Positions 1 through 19,500 of a stretch of 64,000 bases of DNA are shown here, piece by piece. A model generated the notes under the pieces. The model saw nothing but the letters and a program-made list of their open reading frames with translations, did not search any database and was not told the origin of the DNA. Each line of letters starts with the position of its first letter. Positions within the stretch are counted from its first letter, which is position 1. The stretch lies in assembly GCF_031769215.1 (NCBI RefSeq), contig NW_026782053.1, positions 1-64,000 of the forward strand. Reading direction: 5' to 3'. This DNA comes from Ylistrum balloti (Eukaryota). The position numbers and the translations under genes were made by a program.

Positions 1-2062
1 TCAGTCTACTTATCCACATGAAATCAGAATTTAATTTTGATTTTTTTTTATTAATGGCTGGCAGAGGTACAAAACATTAATCGAAAAAGGCATTTATTTG
101 TATTCATATATTTGAACTTAATTAAGAATTGTGATTTCAATAGAATATAATCTCGAAACGTAACTTTGATTTCATTTACACAGTGTGAAATATTTGGAAT
201 GTATTAAAATGATAGTCATATTCTTACAGATTTACAGACCAACATATAAACCACATAGACAACTGGTTAAAAACTCACTATACAGCCCATAACATAGGGA
301 TGTGGCTATGGCAACGAACGCAGTTGGTTGGAATCGTCATGGTGACTGGAATTGCAACGATCGCTGTTATCCAACACAACTTTTATGGCATTGATCCAGG
401 TAGGAATATATTTCACATTTTTTTGTGCACGAAATATAAGGCGATCTCAGAATTAAAAGATTGAAAAAGATTTCAGTAAACATTTTTTTAACAACACACT
501 AATTCTATATATTATCATTATCTGGTCTTTTAAATGGAATGGTCAACTGCGTGACAGAGACAGAGAAACAAATGGTCAGTGTGGAGAGAGTTTATCAATA
601 CATAGAAGACACACCCAGTGAGAAATGGGACGGAACACAGGTAAGAACATATAAAAAAAGAGCAATCGTTTTGAGGAATTATGACGAACATAAATAAGTA
701 TTATATATATATAGCTTATTATCACATTAATCAAATATTGATATGCAAACCATTTAATTACCGTATTTACCGTACTTACAGCCTTCTCCTTCCTGGCCTG
801 CTGCTGGAGTTCTCAGCTATAGTGACGTCTTCATGAAATATCGGGAAGGCTTACCTAGTGTCCTCAAAGGCCTCACGTTCACTACACGTCATGCTGAGAA
901 GATTGGAATTGTGGGACGGACAGGGTCCGGGAAGTCAAGTCTCTTCCAGACACTGTTCCGTACTGTAGAGATAAACTCTGGTGATATTACCATTGATGGA
1001 GTGAATATACAGCAACTGGAGCTCAAAGACGTCAGGTAAATACCAATATAATTATCATAATACATGTAGTTGTCATTTTATTTGTCGTTTCTATAAACAC
1101 AGCGTGAAGTAACTGACATTTTGTTTCTGATTAATCGATAGATAATGAAGCAAAGCTTAATTCTTCGTCAGTATTTGATATAAACGAAAATACTTTCAGG
1201 CGTCATCTGGCTGTGATTCCTCAAGACCCATTCCTCTTTAGTGGTACCGTCAGGGAGAATCTCGACCCCACGTCTTGTTACAGTGATGAGGAACTGTGGG
1301 GTGTCCTTGACAGATGTCATCTCCGCTTACCTGTAGACAGACTGGGAGGTCTCAAGGGAGAGGTGGGAGAGAAAGGACGACATTTTTCTGTAGGACAGAA
1401 ACAACTTATGTGTCTGGCAAGGGCTCTACTAACGAAGGCCAAGGTAATTTATATACAGCTTCTTAAAGACAAGTATAGGAATATTAGTGACAAATAAAAA
1501 CACAATAATTTTTATATCACTGCCCATAGAAAACAATAATTTGCTGAATAAAACAGTACTTATTAAGGGATTTTTATTTTAAATAGTTGACGACAATTTG
1601 AAATCGACGGAGAAAATGATAATGCACTTCTCCGGTAATGAAGTCATTGAAAGAATGCCAACAAAAAAAATTGATAATTGAATGATTAGTAGAGGAAAAT
1701 AAAAAAAAAAAAAAAAAAAAAAAACACAAATGTAATTCATTTCAGTGTGAACAGAACGATAATGATGTATCTGTGAATTGTGTATTCAGAATGAAGTTTT
1801 CTATTTCCAGGTGTTGTGTATAGATGAAGCTACGGCCAGTGTAGACCTGGAGACAGACAAATTAATACAAGAAACAATCCGCAAGGAGTTTGTGGAGAGT
1901 ACAGTGTTGACCATTGCCCATAGAATCAACACCATAATGGACAGTGACAGGGTGTTGGTGATGGACCAGGGTCAAGTGGCTGAACTGGACTCTCCAGAAA
2001 ATCTTCTCAAAAATCCACAGTCTCAGTTCTACCAGTTAGTTCACGGAAAACCATCCGAGTAA
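1..2062 (+). CDS. ABCC10: ABCC10/MRP7-like ABC transporter, tandem copy A, 3' part only (end of TMD2 plus NBD2); possibly damaged
   Basis: Exons 230-399, about 512-640 (acceptor missing), 782-1035, 1200-1443, 1811-2062. Walker A GRTGSGKS, signature FSVGQKQ, Walker [10 protein letters not shown]. Paralogous to 10690-12657. Gene continues upstream of the window. Confidence 0.85.
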
Positions 2063-5000
2063 AAAAAACTGATTCTTACCTTCTGATCTTTTCTCTGGGT
2101 TTAGCAATACCATCACTGTTCTATACCAGATACATTAAGATCGACATTGATGCGTGCTATAAACACAAAAAGTAACCAATTGCAATCTTGCCATCTGAGA
2201 CGTTTCGCTCTAAGAATATTATTTCTAAATACATACAATATACTACAATATCAATATTAATGATATTTGTCGATCTCTATGTTTATGTGTGATGAATTAG
2301 TTGTTATTGAAATGAAGCATGTAACTTTGAATCCATGTTTCAAAGTCACAGCAAATACATCTACCAAATGTAAAATGTAATCCTACAACGAAACTGTGGT
2401 TTTTATTAACAATCGGGAATGTTCGTCAGGAATTGATATGAGGTGTTCAATATTATTTTTAATGGGTTAATATTTTTTGTCATATACCCAAGTTATTTAT
2501 TGTTAAGTTTATGTATAGATCGGTCATCAGTGTTGTTTTTATTATTTTGTTTTTAACATTGTAATACATGTGATGTTTATTTTTGTGCGCAGAAATAGTG
2601 TTATTGTTTTCTGTTATCAGTTAAACATCGATATAAAGCAGGGTAATTATTTTGTATATGTATGTTGTAATGGAAACATTGAAAAAAGTGTTTACCATGG
2701 TGCGGATGTATGGTTATGAAAGGGTTTAGATTGTGTGTTTGTGAGCAAGCGAGACAGGAATGTTTATTTGTTTATAAAATGGACTGTAATATGGCACATG
2801 ATTGGTGTATATGTACAAAGGAAAGAGTGATAAAGATATGAATAAATGGTGGTTTGTTAGTATTTCAAATATTTTCTTCATGGTGCTTAATGCGTTTTTG
2901 ATAATCTCCTAAACATGTCACATTTAATAAATAATTGAAATAATAACGTGTTTTCAGTTTTTCTATTCTGTTTAAAACTTGTGTGTAATAAATATATCAA
3001 TGCAGATTATTCAGACTTTTCCTCCACTAGTCACCTATTAACGATAGCTAGATAAAACAACAATATACTACTACTTTTTATTGACTTAATGCGTGTATTA
3101 GATGTCTTTCATCATTTACATACTGTCAATAACAAATAATTACCAATACGTAAACGTAAAATGTCACCAATACAAAACGGCCTACAATGTATAATATCTT
3201 GTTTAATGATAAGTGATTATGATTAATAAGGTTCCAGTTTTATGCAAAATACTGGTAATATCATCATATTGCACCCCTCTATAGATATATAAATAAATAA
3301 TTTATTCAATCCAGGTAAGTCATGTCACGTTTCCAAATGAGAACAAGGTAAACAATAATGGAACTAACAGGCATTCACGATCATCATTCACCACCGACGT
3401 CATATCGCAAGAAGAAATATGAAATTAATGTTTCTCAATGAAATTATTGTGACGACAATAAACTTCCATAATCTTCATCAACCCGCACCTCCTGAAATCC
3501 CGAGTTTCCCAATATCTAGCTAACACGTCTTTACTCAGAGCAGGCATCAATTGCAAGAGAATTAATATGACAATAAAGAAATCAGCTGTCTAACTTTGAT
3601 ATCTATAATGTAGGTTATACGTTATTACTGAAACAATGACTAAAGTACTAATGGTTCAGAAACAAGGAAAATGTCTGTTGGTATCGTTTCTTTTCGTTTC
3701 ATTAGAAAGTAAACAAAATTAAATGTAAAAATGATGGCATACATCCATTAGTTTTACCGACAGGTTGGAAATCTTGTTTACAAAAGGAAACTGTAACAAC
3801 CTTGGAACCATTTGAACATGTGTAGATTCGTTAGTCGTAACCTCAGGCAAAGCGAACGCATCATGATTACAGTATTGATAATGTGTATAAAAACTCTAAT
3901 AAGTTTTATTTTATCTTGTGTCTGGGAATATAATTTCTTGTCATAGTGGTATGTAGATATATATTTATTTCATTTATTTAAAAAACATAAAGAAACAAGT
4001 TTTAATAGTTGTCCCATTTATAACTAGGAAAATTATGACATATGATCGAACTGATAGCTAACACCATTCACACATCATCAGCACTCTAGCGATAGTCACA
4101 CTGACATACATGGGTATCTAGTAATGAAAGGTACCACCTTCACATGAGTGTTGACTGGTCAGTGTATTGTATAGCCCGGTTTAAGTCGGTCTAGTCACGG
4201 TTCACTGGATTCCAATCGAGAGTTACCTTTACCCTGGTTTTTCCATGTAATTCCCGGGGATAGGTAATCACAAACCATTCAAACGTCAGCACATTCTTAT
4301 ATGTATCGGGTACAGAAAACCTCAACTGTCCATATTCAGTACCTTTCAATCATAACGATTACACTAACGTCCAAGCTGTTTTCACAAGGAAATCTTCAGA
4401 GTGTAAAGAATGTAAATATAAGATTCCATCAGATGAAGATAATGCTGTTTCAAATTAGCTTTTTGTTTACCGAAACTTTCTTATCATGGTTTTGTTCAAC
4501 ATCGAATTTAAAACTACATGTTTGGTTTTGTTTTTATCTGAAAACTAAATCATCCATACATTCCATTAAATACACTGCGTGAAGTGTAATATCTTTTTTC
4601 CGATAAGTAAATAAACAAATAGATATATATATATTTACTGTTTTTTTTTTACTTTCAAACAAATTGGTGAGTGACCAATAACTATTTTTTTTCCAATTTT
4701 CTTTTAAATATTTCGAATAAATAAAATCATCACTTCTCTACGTGCCTGCATGGAGGTCATCGATAGTGTATATGTAAATTATTGGCTAATCGTAAAATGA
4801 TTCACTAATGAAGATACAGAATATCTGTATACAATGAGGAAGAGTTAGACAGAAAAATACTGTCTATATCTCGAACTGGTTTATAACATTTGATCAACGC
4901 TTAATGTTGAATCGGGTGTTGGATTTTCGTACAACCGTCAGAGCTGCGATATAACCATTACAATTCTGGTATACAAAGCTTATTGTCAATATGTATGTAT

Positions 5001-5397
5001 AGCACATGATCGGTATGTGTATACACATCATGAAAGAATAATCGATATGAAACCCTATTTAACGAGGTCAAACATTTATTGATTTTATCTGATATCACAC
5101 ATATTTTGCAATATATGCATGTATCTCCACTTTGTAAATTTCTCCGGAAAATACAGAGGAAAGCTGGATCATGTATATCTGAGTGACGAACTCTGAACGA
5201 CAACACAAGTAAATAGTAACCATGTCTCCAATACACGAGCCATTTAAACTCACTTCATTGAATGGGTGTTCGATCTATACTAGGTCATACACCTACGTCA
5301 CAAATGCCAGTTCTATTTACGTCTAAAAAAATCCCCTTAGTATAGAATCAGGGAAATCAGAAAGAGTCATGAATTCGGGTTTTTTGTACCAGATAGT

Positions 5398-5524
5398 TAT
5401 ATAAATGACGGGTAGCACTAACTTGGTCATACAGCTCGGCTGGTACGGACCAAGAAAGAACTTGTAGCCTTCAATTTATCGCTGAAACCACAATCAGTAA
5501 ATCTTGCAGGTACATTCTCTAAAG
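5398..5524 (+). promoter_or_regulatory. Putative TATA box and non-coding first exon of ABCC copy B
   Basis: TATATAAA at 5398-5405. Donor AAG|GTAACT at 5524/5525. Acceptor TTTTCAG at 5963, 9 nt before ATG 5973. In-frame TAA at 5498-5500 makes this exon non-coding. AAAAATCCCC (kappaB-like on -) at 5327-5336 is weak. Confidence 0.45.
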
Positions 5525-5972
5525 GTAACTATTTATATCACAAGTTGTGATTTAAAGTGAACCAAAGAGAAATCAAATCAGAAATATTTTTAGATATAAA
5601 ACCAAATTGTAAACCATTGTTTGACAGTAAGAAGTAACACATTTCAATATATGCAACACTTAATGTAAATTAGACCTATGTAGCTATGGATAAAACATAT
5701 AGTTGATAATTAAAATTCACATTGATATAGTACTGATGTTAGTTTATCAACGTGTGAAATAGACCTAACAAAGCCTCAATCTGATTATGATATTATTGAT
5801 AAGATTTTGCTTATTTCTTAAATGAAAGACATGCAAGAACGGTGATGTACCATGTTAACGTCATTTTACAACCAAAAATTTTCTAAAATTTACGTATGAA
5901 TTTAATTAAGTATACGATATTTATTATAAGTTACATATAATTATATGATCTGTTTATTTTCAGATAGAAAAG

Positions 5973-12657
<6,685 letters not shown>

Positions 12658-14179
12658 AAACTGATTCTTACGTTTGGAACAATACCGATTCGGGGTGTTT
12701 AATATTAGATTTCAATCATGCCTATTTATTTTTCTCTTAATTAGTGTCCGTTTACTGTTGCAAAATATCACTTAGCGAAATGAGCATATGCATCGATACT
12801 ACCGAATTCACATATTCTTATCAAACATTCACGGTTTTTTTTTTCTAAAAATATCGGGTAATTTACTGCAAGTTAGGACATGAAATGTTCAACATTGAAA
12901 TACGAACACGTGTTCTTACTTTTTCTTGCTACAAAATGTGTGCAATATAAACTGTTTTATTCAATATTGATATGTGTTCAGATATTCGTTTATAGATGAT
13001 TTTTTTCTCTCTTGTGGGTATGACATTGAAATTATATAAATAAATATTTAAATTTTGTTTGTATATGATATAGAGTACTGATAAATAATATATATTGTTT
13101 ATTATCGTAGGATATTTATTAATATCAATTATGACATATTAAATACAGCTATAAATTGTGTTTTTATGTATCGGATTTATGTATTGCATGTTTGGTAAAA
13201 TTTGATCTGATATTGGTTGAGTATGCATGAAAGCACAAGGGAGTATCTTGTTTTGTATTAATGAATGGGTAGGTTGTTGATATCATTCAACATGTATATA
13301 AAGATGCTATGGAGGAGGTTATATGACTATGGTTATGTATCTAAAGATGATGTTATAATATACAAATGAAATAGGGTTTGTTTTAGAAAGTAAGGTGAGC
13401 AAGAATCGATATATCAAATATTTTTTGTGCATGTTTTCGATTTCCACATCACATCTCATTTAATAAAAATTGTCCGAATTAAACATTTTCGTATTCTATA
13501 TATTTGCCTGTAAAAAATCATAGTTTATTAACATAAAAGAGACAAAACATCAGCATTTATATAACGGTACAATATACCGTTGTTCTTTACTAAGTAGGTA
13601 TATGACTCCAATACAAACCATTTGTGCTTTACCAATACCTTGGTAGTAAGTAGTATTAAGTTACCAGCAGAACGCAGAATCACAATACACGGAGTACCCG
13701 AAACACTAAAATTAGATATCACCTATAAATATTTGATAAGCAAAGTAAAGGATCTTTGTTATAATTTTACCATATCATAATTATTTGAAGACAAATTCTA
13801 AAAACAAAATTTAAACTATCACATCACAGAAAAAAGTGTGTTTCGTTCTTAAAAAATGTATCCACCAGGTTTGAACTATCAACTTTACAAAAAGCTGTAT
13901 GTTAAGCGTGATGATTCTGATTTGAAAACTGCAATGATCATCACTGTATAAACGATGTACACCTAATCATGCGCGATGCTCTCAAGTATTCCTCGAGTCT
14001 TCGTTGTTGATTGCAAGGTGGGTTCCGACGTTGCAGCGTGTTTTGTTTCTCCTTTGTCGTTTCGATTAAGCTAAGTGTATGATTATATGTACAAAAACAG
14101 CAAGAAAATACCAACAAGTGATCACAATCCAAACTCTATTTCTATCAAACTATTGGTAAAATATGAGCAAAAGAAATTT

Positions 14180-14880
14180 TTTTACACGAAATCTGGTACA
14201 AAGAGATTAGTACCAGGTGTTCAGGAGGAGGAAGCGTCTTCTGCTTCACCACTGTGTAAATCTTGGCCAATAGAAGTAAATTATGTTACTTTCTCAAAAG
14301 AGAACTAGATATACAACAACGGGAGCAACATCAAATCAAACGAGCAAATACACGGCTAGTTTAATATCGCACAAAGACAGAAGGATATCGTGCTCTGAAA
14401 TCAGGATATTGGGAACAGGCAATTGAATATCTAATCAACTATGATATTTCAACTCAAAATGTTTGGAATGCAGGATGTTGATATCCATAAATGGAAAAGT
14501 GGAATAAGAAATTGAAATTATCCAGAGGTCATAAATTTATCTGAAAGCGAAATTAAAAGACCTTGAAAGGTCTTTAAAATCTGTTTTGACAAGCTTTCTA
14601 TTAATTCAGCCTCGTATGAAATAGATATCAGCCAACGTTCGAGCATAGTTAGTTCCTGTAAGCAAATAATCTGCTGGAAGATTTTTCCACCATACTCCAT
14701 GAAGATAATGTCAGTCAAAAATGCGATCATATTCATGATATCATTCTCCGTATAGTTCTTCTTAAATTTGGTCATATTTTCACGAAATACGTTTCTTTAC
14801 AGTTCACAACCTTGCATGTGCAACAATTACTGACCAATAATACCGTAATTCTGGATAAGTCTTGGTACATTTAAAGGTAA
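14180..14880 (-). mobile_element. Decayed, 5'-truncated Penelope-like retroelement (RT core/thumb and 3' motif)
   Basis: ORF 14518-14775 KNYTENDIMNMIAFLTDIIFMEYGGKIFQQII matches the RT segment before the PMG motif in mollusc Penelope-type RTs; stops and frameshifts follow. 3' motif at about 14211-14250 is shared with 18853-18910 and 49248-49306. Confidence 0.7.
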
Positions 14881-16568
14881 ACTGCGGATATGTTTACGTC
14901 ATAATATAAGTACATTTGATAGGATAATCAGTAGAACTAAACACAATTATTGTATCTTGTATGAATCATAAATTAGTTTAATATATAATTCATAGTATGA
15001 AATATGATACTACTGCGACTTTTTTTTACTTTTGTTCAACAGCTTTCTCAATAAGAAGGAAGCCAGGATATCTGCAATGCTGTAAATATGTTCAAGGATT
15101 TGGTATTGTAAAGTTAAGGAAGGCATATATTACTTTGTGATGAACAGGGAGCCAAGGCAAGCGACCCATAATTGACCAAGTTGGCAAGGACATTAATAGC
15201 TTATGAAACTTCATACTAATGCTTAATTTAGATATGATGCATGTCAGTCATTACCTTTAAATGATCTTGTGAGCTTATCATGGATTGAGCTTTTTGCTAT
15301 AACTATTAGTAACATATTGGATAAAGATATAGAGAGTTATATAAACAATGTCCTATATTTTGTCACTCTGGAACTCATAAGCCACCATTGACGTTTGCCA
15401 CTTGAGAACAACGAATTAAAGCTGATTAACCTGCTTAAGTTGTGTATAAATATATAAGTACACCTTTGTTTGACAGGTAACAATGCTGGGTCTGAAGATC
15501 AGAGACCAACGGTTGCCAAAATTACCATGTAACATGTCCTCATGTTATTACACAATCAATTTCAAGTTAAAATGGAAATCAGTTAAGATGATAAATTATT
15601 CAATTTTTAATTTTGAGCATCATTAATTTTAACTGTTGTATCTTATCACATATATATGTGATCATAGGAAAAACGAATCTTATCGAGTTTTACCAGGCGC
15701 ATCATTTGTATTAGAATATTGAAACGAATCGGAATAAAATCAAAGTTAAGAAGAGTTTTTATGATGATATGGTCAGAAAGTAAACAAAAAAAATGGTCTC
15801 AAGATTGAAATACAAGTAAGCCATTGGAAACAACACGTTTCAAAGTAAATTCAGACAGTTCAAAGATAACAAGAAAACAGTGTTTCTTAAGACACTTTCC
15901 TTAAAGAGATAAACATGGTGGTTTCTTTTAACAATTACACTACATTTAATGGAACCATACAGTTAAAGTAATTTATAGAAATTACTAACTAGCAAATGTA
16001 TGAATAAATAAATAGCCGTTATCTATAAACATATCTATATATCTATCAAAACCCCTAGTGAGAGTTGTAAAATTCATCTACAAATTGTATTATATCTGTT
16101 CTACAGATAAATGTACTATTTTTTAAAATGACCTTATCTATGTATGTTAAAGATCTGAAACATATAAACATTTATAATATAGATTTATCTGGTGTTCAAA
16201 TAAAATGTATCAGATCTGATCCTGATAAACATTTTTAATAAAGTGTTTGTATAAAGGTTTTGGATTTTTTTCTGTTCAAAAACCAATTTTACATAACAAA
16301 CATTAACTAGTTGAAATTAAACTAAACATCACCACAGAAACACCGTAATTGATATATCTATTTTATCTGATTTAACACACCAGAATTTTAAAACGTATTT
16401 TGGAGTCCAAGAAGAGGATATTTTGTTTTTCTTGAGACCGTTTGATATAAAAGACATTTAATATTGTATATCAACCAAGTCAAGATACTGTTCGTATTTC
16501 TGAAGAAACTTTACCAGTTTACGCATAACCGTGATATTTACATATTTGTTTACTATAGCAGGTCACGA

Positions 16569-17819
16569 TCATCGATTTCCCCAGTACAATGTGACAATTG
16601 AAAAGATAATAAATACAGATAGGATAACATAGAAAAACCATATGCAGAATGTATCCAGAATGTGTACCACCTCTTTCCACGTCATCGTGTCCATTACTGC
16701 TACCTTTGCAGCTTCTTCCATCTGAGCTTCTCTCTGTTCTTTCTTATTTGAAGATTTTGAGTCTGTGTTTTCTGGACATACTTCAATGATTCTTCTTTTG
16801 GGTGATAATTGACAGTTGAGAATTCTCATCATCCTGACCACCCACCGAGGCACCGGTAAGTGCTCGTCTTTATGGTACATTCGGAGTTGGAAGATGTTGA
16901 TTGATGCGATAATGCCACTTGTAACAAAGACGGCAATTATATAGTAGGACAGTCTGGACATGTTGTCCGAGTTGGCTGGAAGGACAGAATTGATAATAGT
17001 GATAAAAACGGTGAAGGTGAGAAATACGGTCAGACTAAATCCAACACGTTCTCCTGAGTCGCATGGCAGCACGAATACCAGAGGATTCATCATCAACAGC
17101 AAGTAGATCGGTATCATTGTGTTGACAATGTGAAAAGCCGGAAGTCGTGAAATCGTCAAATTAAAGAAGACAAAAGAGTATGGACCGGGCGTTTGTACAT
17201 CGGTTGAAGATTTATCCAGGGACCACTCTCCGTTGGTTTCATAAAAGTCTAAATTTACTGCTGGGTTATTTGATTTTAGCGTAACTTCTTGATATGTATA
17301 ACCCCATGCTGCTAATTGTATAGCACATGTCTGAATATCAAACGGGAAATATGACACATCCGGGCTACACTTGATATCAAGGAAGCTCCCAGGCGACCAT
17401 GTGATTGCACCATGGTAATCTATTTCCACCTGAAGATCTGAGTTGCTGATGGCCTTAAATTTATCTGATGCTTTTATGTTGTAGAGCTTAGGCAGCCATA
17501 TATTATCTTGTCCCATTTTTATGCTGGTCAGGTTACCGTATAAAGTAGGATCCCAACCTATGGATATGTCTTTCCAATCAATTTTAAATGCTGCAAGAAC
17601 ATTCAAAGTTCCGGACACTTCATCGAAATCCTTTATGGATAGAAGATGCATATCAACAGCCACATCTAAATGTTCAGTCTGATCGTTAACTGGTCGGACC
17701 TCTTTGTTGTATCCATTAGTTATGTCGCTTAAGAGATTTTTCGTATCTGAAACTGTAGCGGCTTCCATCTTAGAAACCAAGCATATTATCACAGCACAGG
17801 ATAGAAGGATGCGAATCAT
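16569..17819 (-). CDS. Intronless Cys-loop ligand-gated ion channel, nAChR-like non-alpha subunit, about 416 aa
   Basis: Single ORF. Likely start ATG 17819 (signal peptide MIRILLSCAVIICLVSKMEA; the ORF track starts at 17870). Cys-loop CSPDVSYFPFDIQTC, four TM helices, M2 entry SGERVGFSLTVFL, short M3-M4 loop. Confidence 0.95.
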   Translation of the reverse strand: MIRILLSCAVIICLVSKMEAATVSDTKNLLSDITNGYNKEVRPVNDQTEHLDVAVDMHLLSIKDFDEVSGTLNVLAAFKIDWKDISIGWDPTLYGNLTSIKMGQDNIWLPKLYNIKASDKFKAISNSDLQVEIDYHGAITWSPGSFLDIKCSPDVSYFPFDIQTCAIQLAAWGYTYQEVTLKSNNPAVNLDFYETNGEWSLDKSSTDVQTPGPYSFVFFNLTISRLPAFHIVNTMIPIYLLLMMNPLVFVLPCDSGERVGFSLTVFLTFTVFITIINSVLPANSDNMSRLSYYIIAVFVTSGIIASINIFQLRMYHKDEHLPVPRWVVRMMRILNCQLSPKRRIIEVCPENTDSKSSNKKEQREAQMEEAAKVAVMDTMTWKEVVHILDTFCIWFFYVILSVFIIFSIVTLYWGNR

Positions 17820-18459
17820 GATTTCTATGGAAATTGGATTTACCAGGCTTCTAGCTCTACAAACAAGCACTGGAATGACTGGTCATGTCCTAAATGTTAC
17901 CCCTTCTAAATCTCTGCTATACTGACGTCACGAAGTCATTATTGAACCGAAATAAATCTTAATCCGCTATGGACCTGAACTAAACTCAAACAATAACATT
18001 AAACCGTATAAAGACAACCAACACTACGGATGGCGTCTTTATGCTAATTCAATTTACATTTTCGAATCCAAATAAGTAATTGAACGCTTTCATATATACA
18101 AAAATAGACTTAACGCTTTGGCATTGAGACCTAACCGATTACAAGAAGAGAATATGTTGTAGGGGATTGTATCTTATTCAATCTAAGCGTTTATGTGATA
18201 CGCACATGCAGAACATGGTAAAATATGGAATTATTACATTCAACCAACACATATGCTAGCTAATTCACTCGCCATACAATAGTAAAGAACAACTTCCTTA
18301 CATAAAGACTTCTGTTCATCTTTTGCACACACACACACAATGCTAAATAGAAACATCCTATGCCCAGGACAATCCGATGTAAGCATGTCAGTTAACAAGA
18401 TGACGATCTCCGTCTCCTTCAGCTACATCAATATTGCTAGGCAACAAAGAAAGACATTG

Positions 18460-19500
18460 TTGTAGTCTTGGGCAAACTAAGTTATAATTTTGAGACACCG
18501 AAGCGAAAAACGCACAGGATGAAAATTAGATCGACATGTCCTTTCAATCAATTCGACACAGCAAGATCATGTACGAGCAAGACTAGAATAGGTAGCATCC
18601 ATTCAAAGTGCAAGGGAAATAAGACCAGTGTACCAGGTGAGAGGGAATCATCCTCTTCATCGACAAAATACATAATTCATGTGAATATACATGTATATGT
18701 AAATCATGAAATACCAGGTTCTCGAAAAACATCAAGAAAATACCAACATGGCAACATAATCATAATTCCAACTCAAATTCCATAAAATTAGGGCTAAACA
18801 TGAAAACAGACGATTTACACGGAGACTGTTGAAAAAGTAGAAGGAGAATAAGACCAGGTGCTCAGGAAGGGTACACGTCTTCTGCTTCATCGACGACATC
18901 TGCCATGTAAACCTCGGTCAATCCAAGTAAGTAATGTCACGTTCTCAAATAGAAAAAAGGTAAGCAACAAAGGAACCAACAGGCAAAATAAAGAGTATCA
19001 AATACGTCCAGCGTCGTGTCACACAAAGTAATAGAATATTTCTCTATGAGATCACTATGTCGGTCATAAAACTTCTCCATAATTTTCATCAACCAGCATC
19101 TTTTGAACCCTTGTATTACGGTTTTGTCATTCAGTTGACGACTTCGTGAAATAACAATATTTTTGATGATAACAAAACCAGTAGCTATGCTTACCATTGT
19201 CCAAGGATCAAACCCATCTGACACCTTATCGATAAGGAAAACAGAATACATCACTAAACATTTCCCTCGTCTTCATCAACAATCATAATCAAAGTGAAAA
19301 GCTGTGTTGTATATTTTTTTCTGACAGCTGCCAACATTTACCACTAAAATCATGATATCGAGAAAAAGCTATTGAATGTCCGATTATGAAAATGAACAAA
19401 AATGTTTCTATCTTGAAACGATGAATTAACAAAAGGCAAATCGTGTTTGATCGCTTATAGTTCAAATTTGTAAATACTGATCGAGGAAACAAAGTTTGCC
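18460..19500 (-). mobile_element. Decayed Penelope-like retroelement 3' fragments, same family as 47430-49310
   Basis: Minus translation QGFKRCWLMKIMEKFYDRHSDLIEKY. DNA at 19040-19120 is closely similar by eye to the reverse complement of 49060-49130. The 3' motif occurs twice (about 18622-18665 and 18853-18910). Left and right limits are approximate. Confidence 0.7.
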
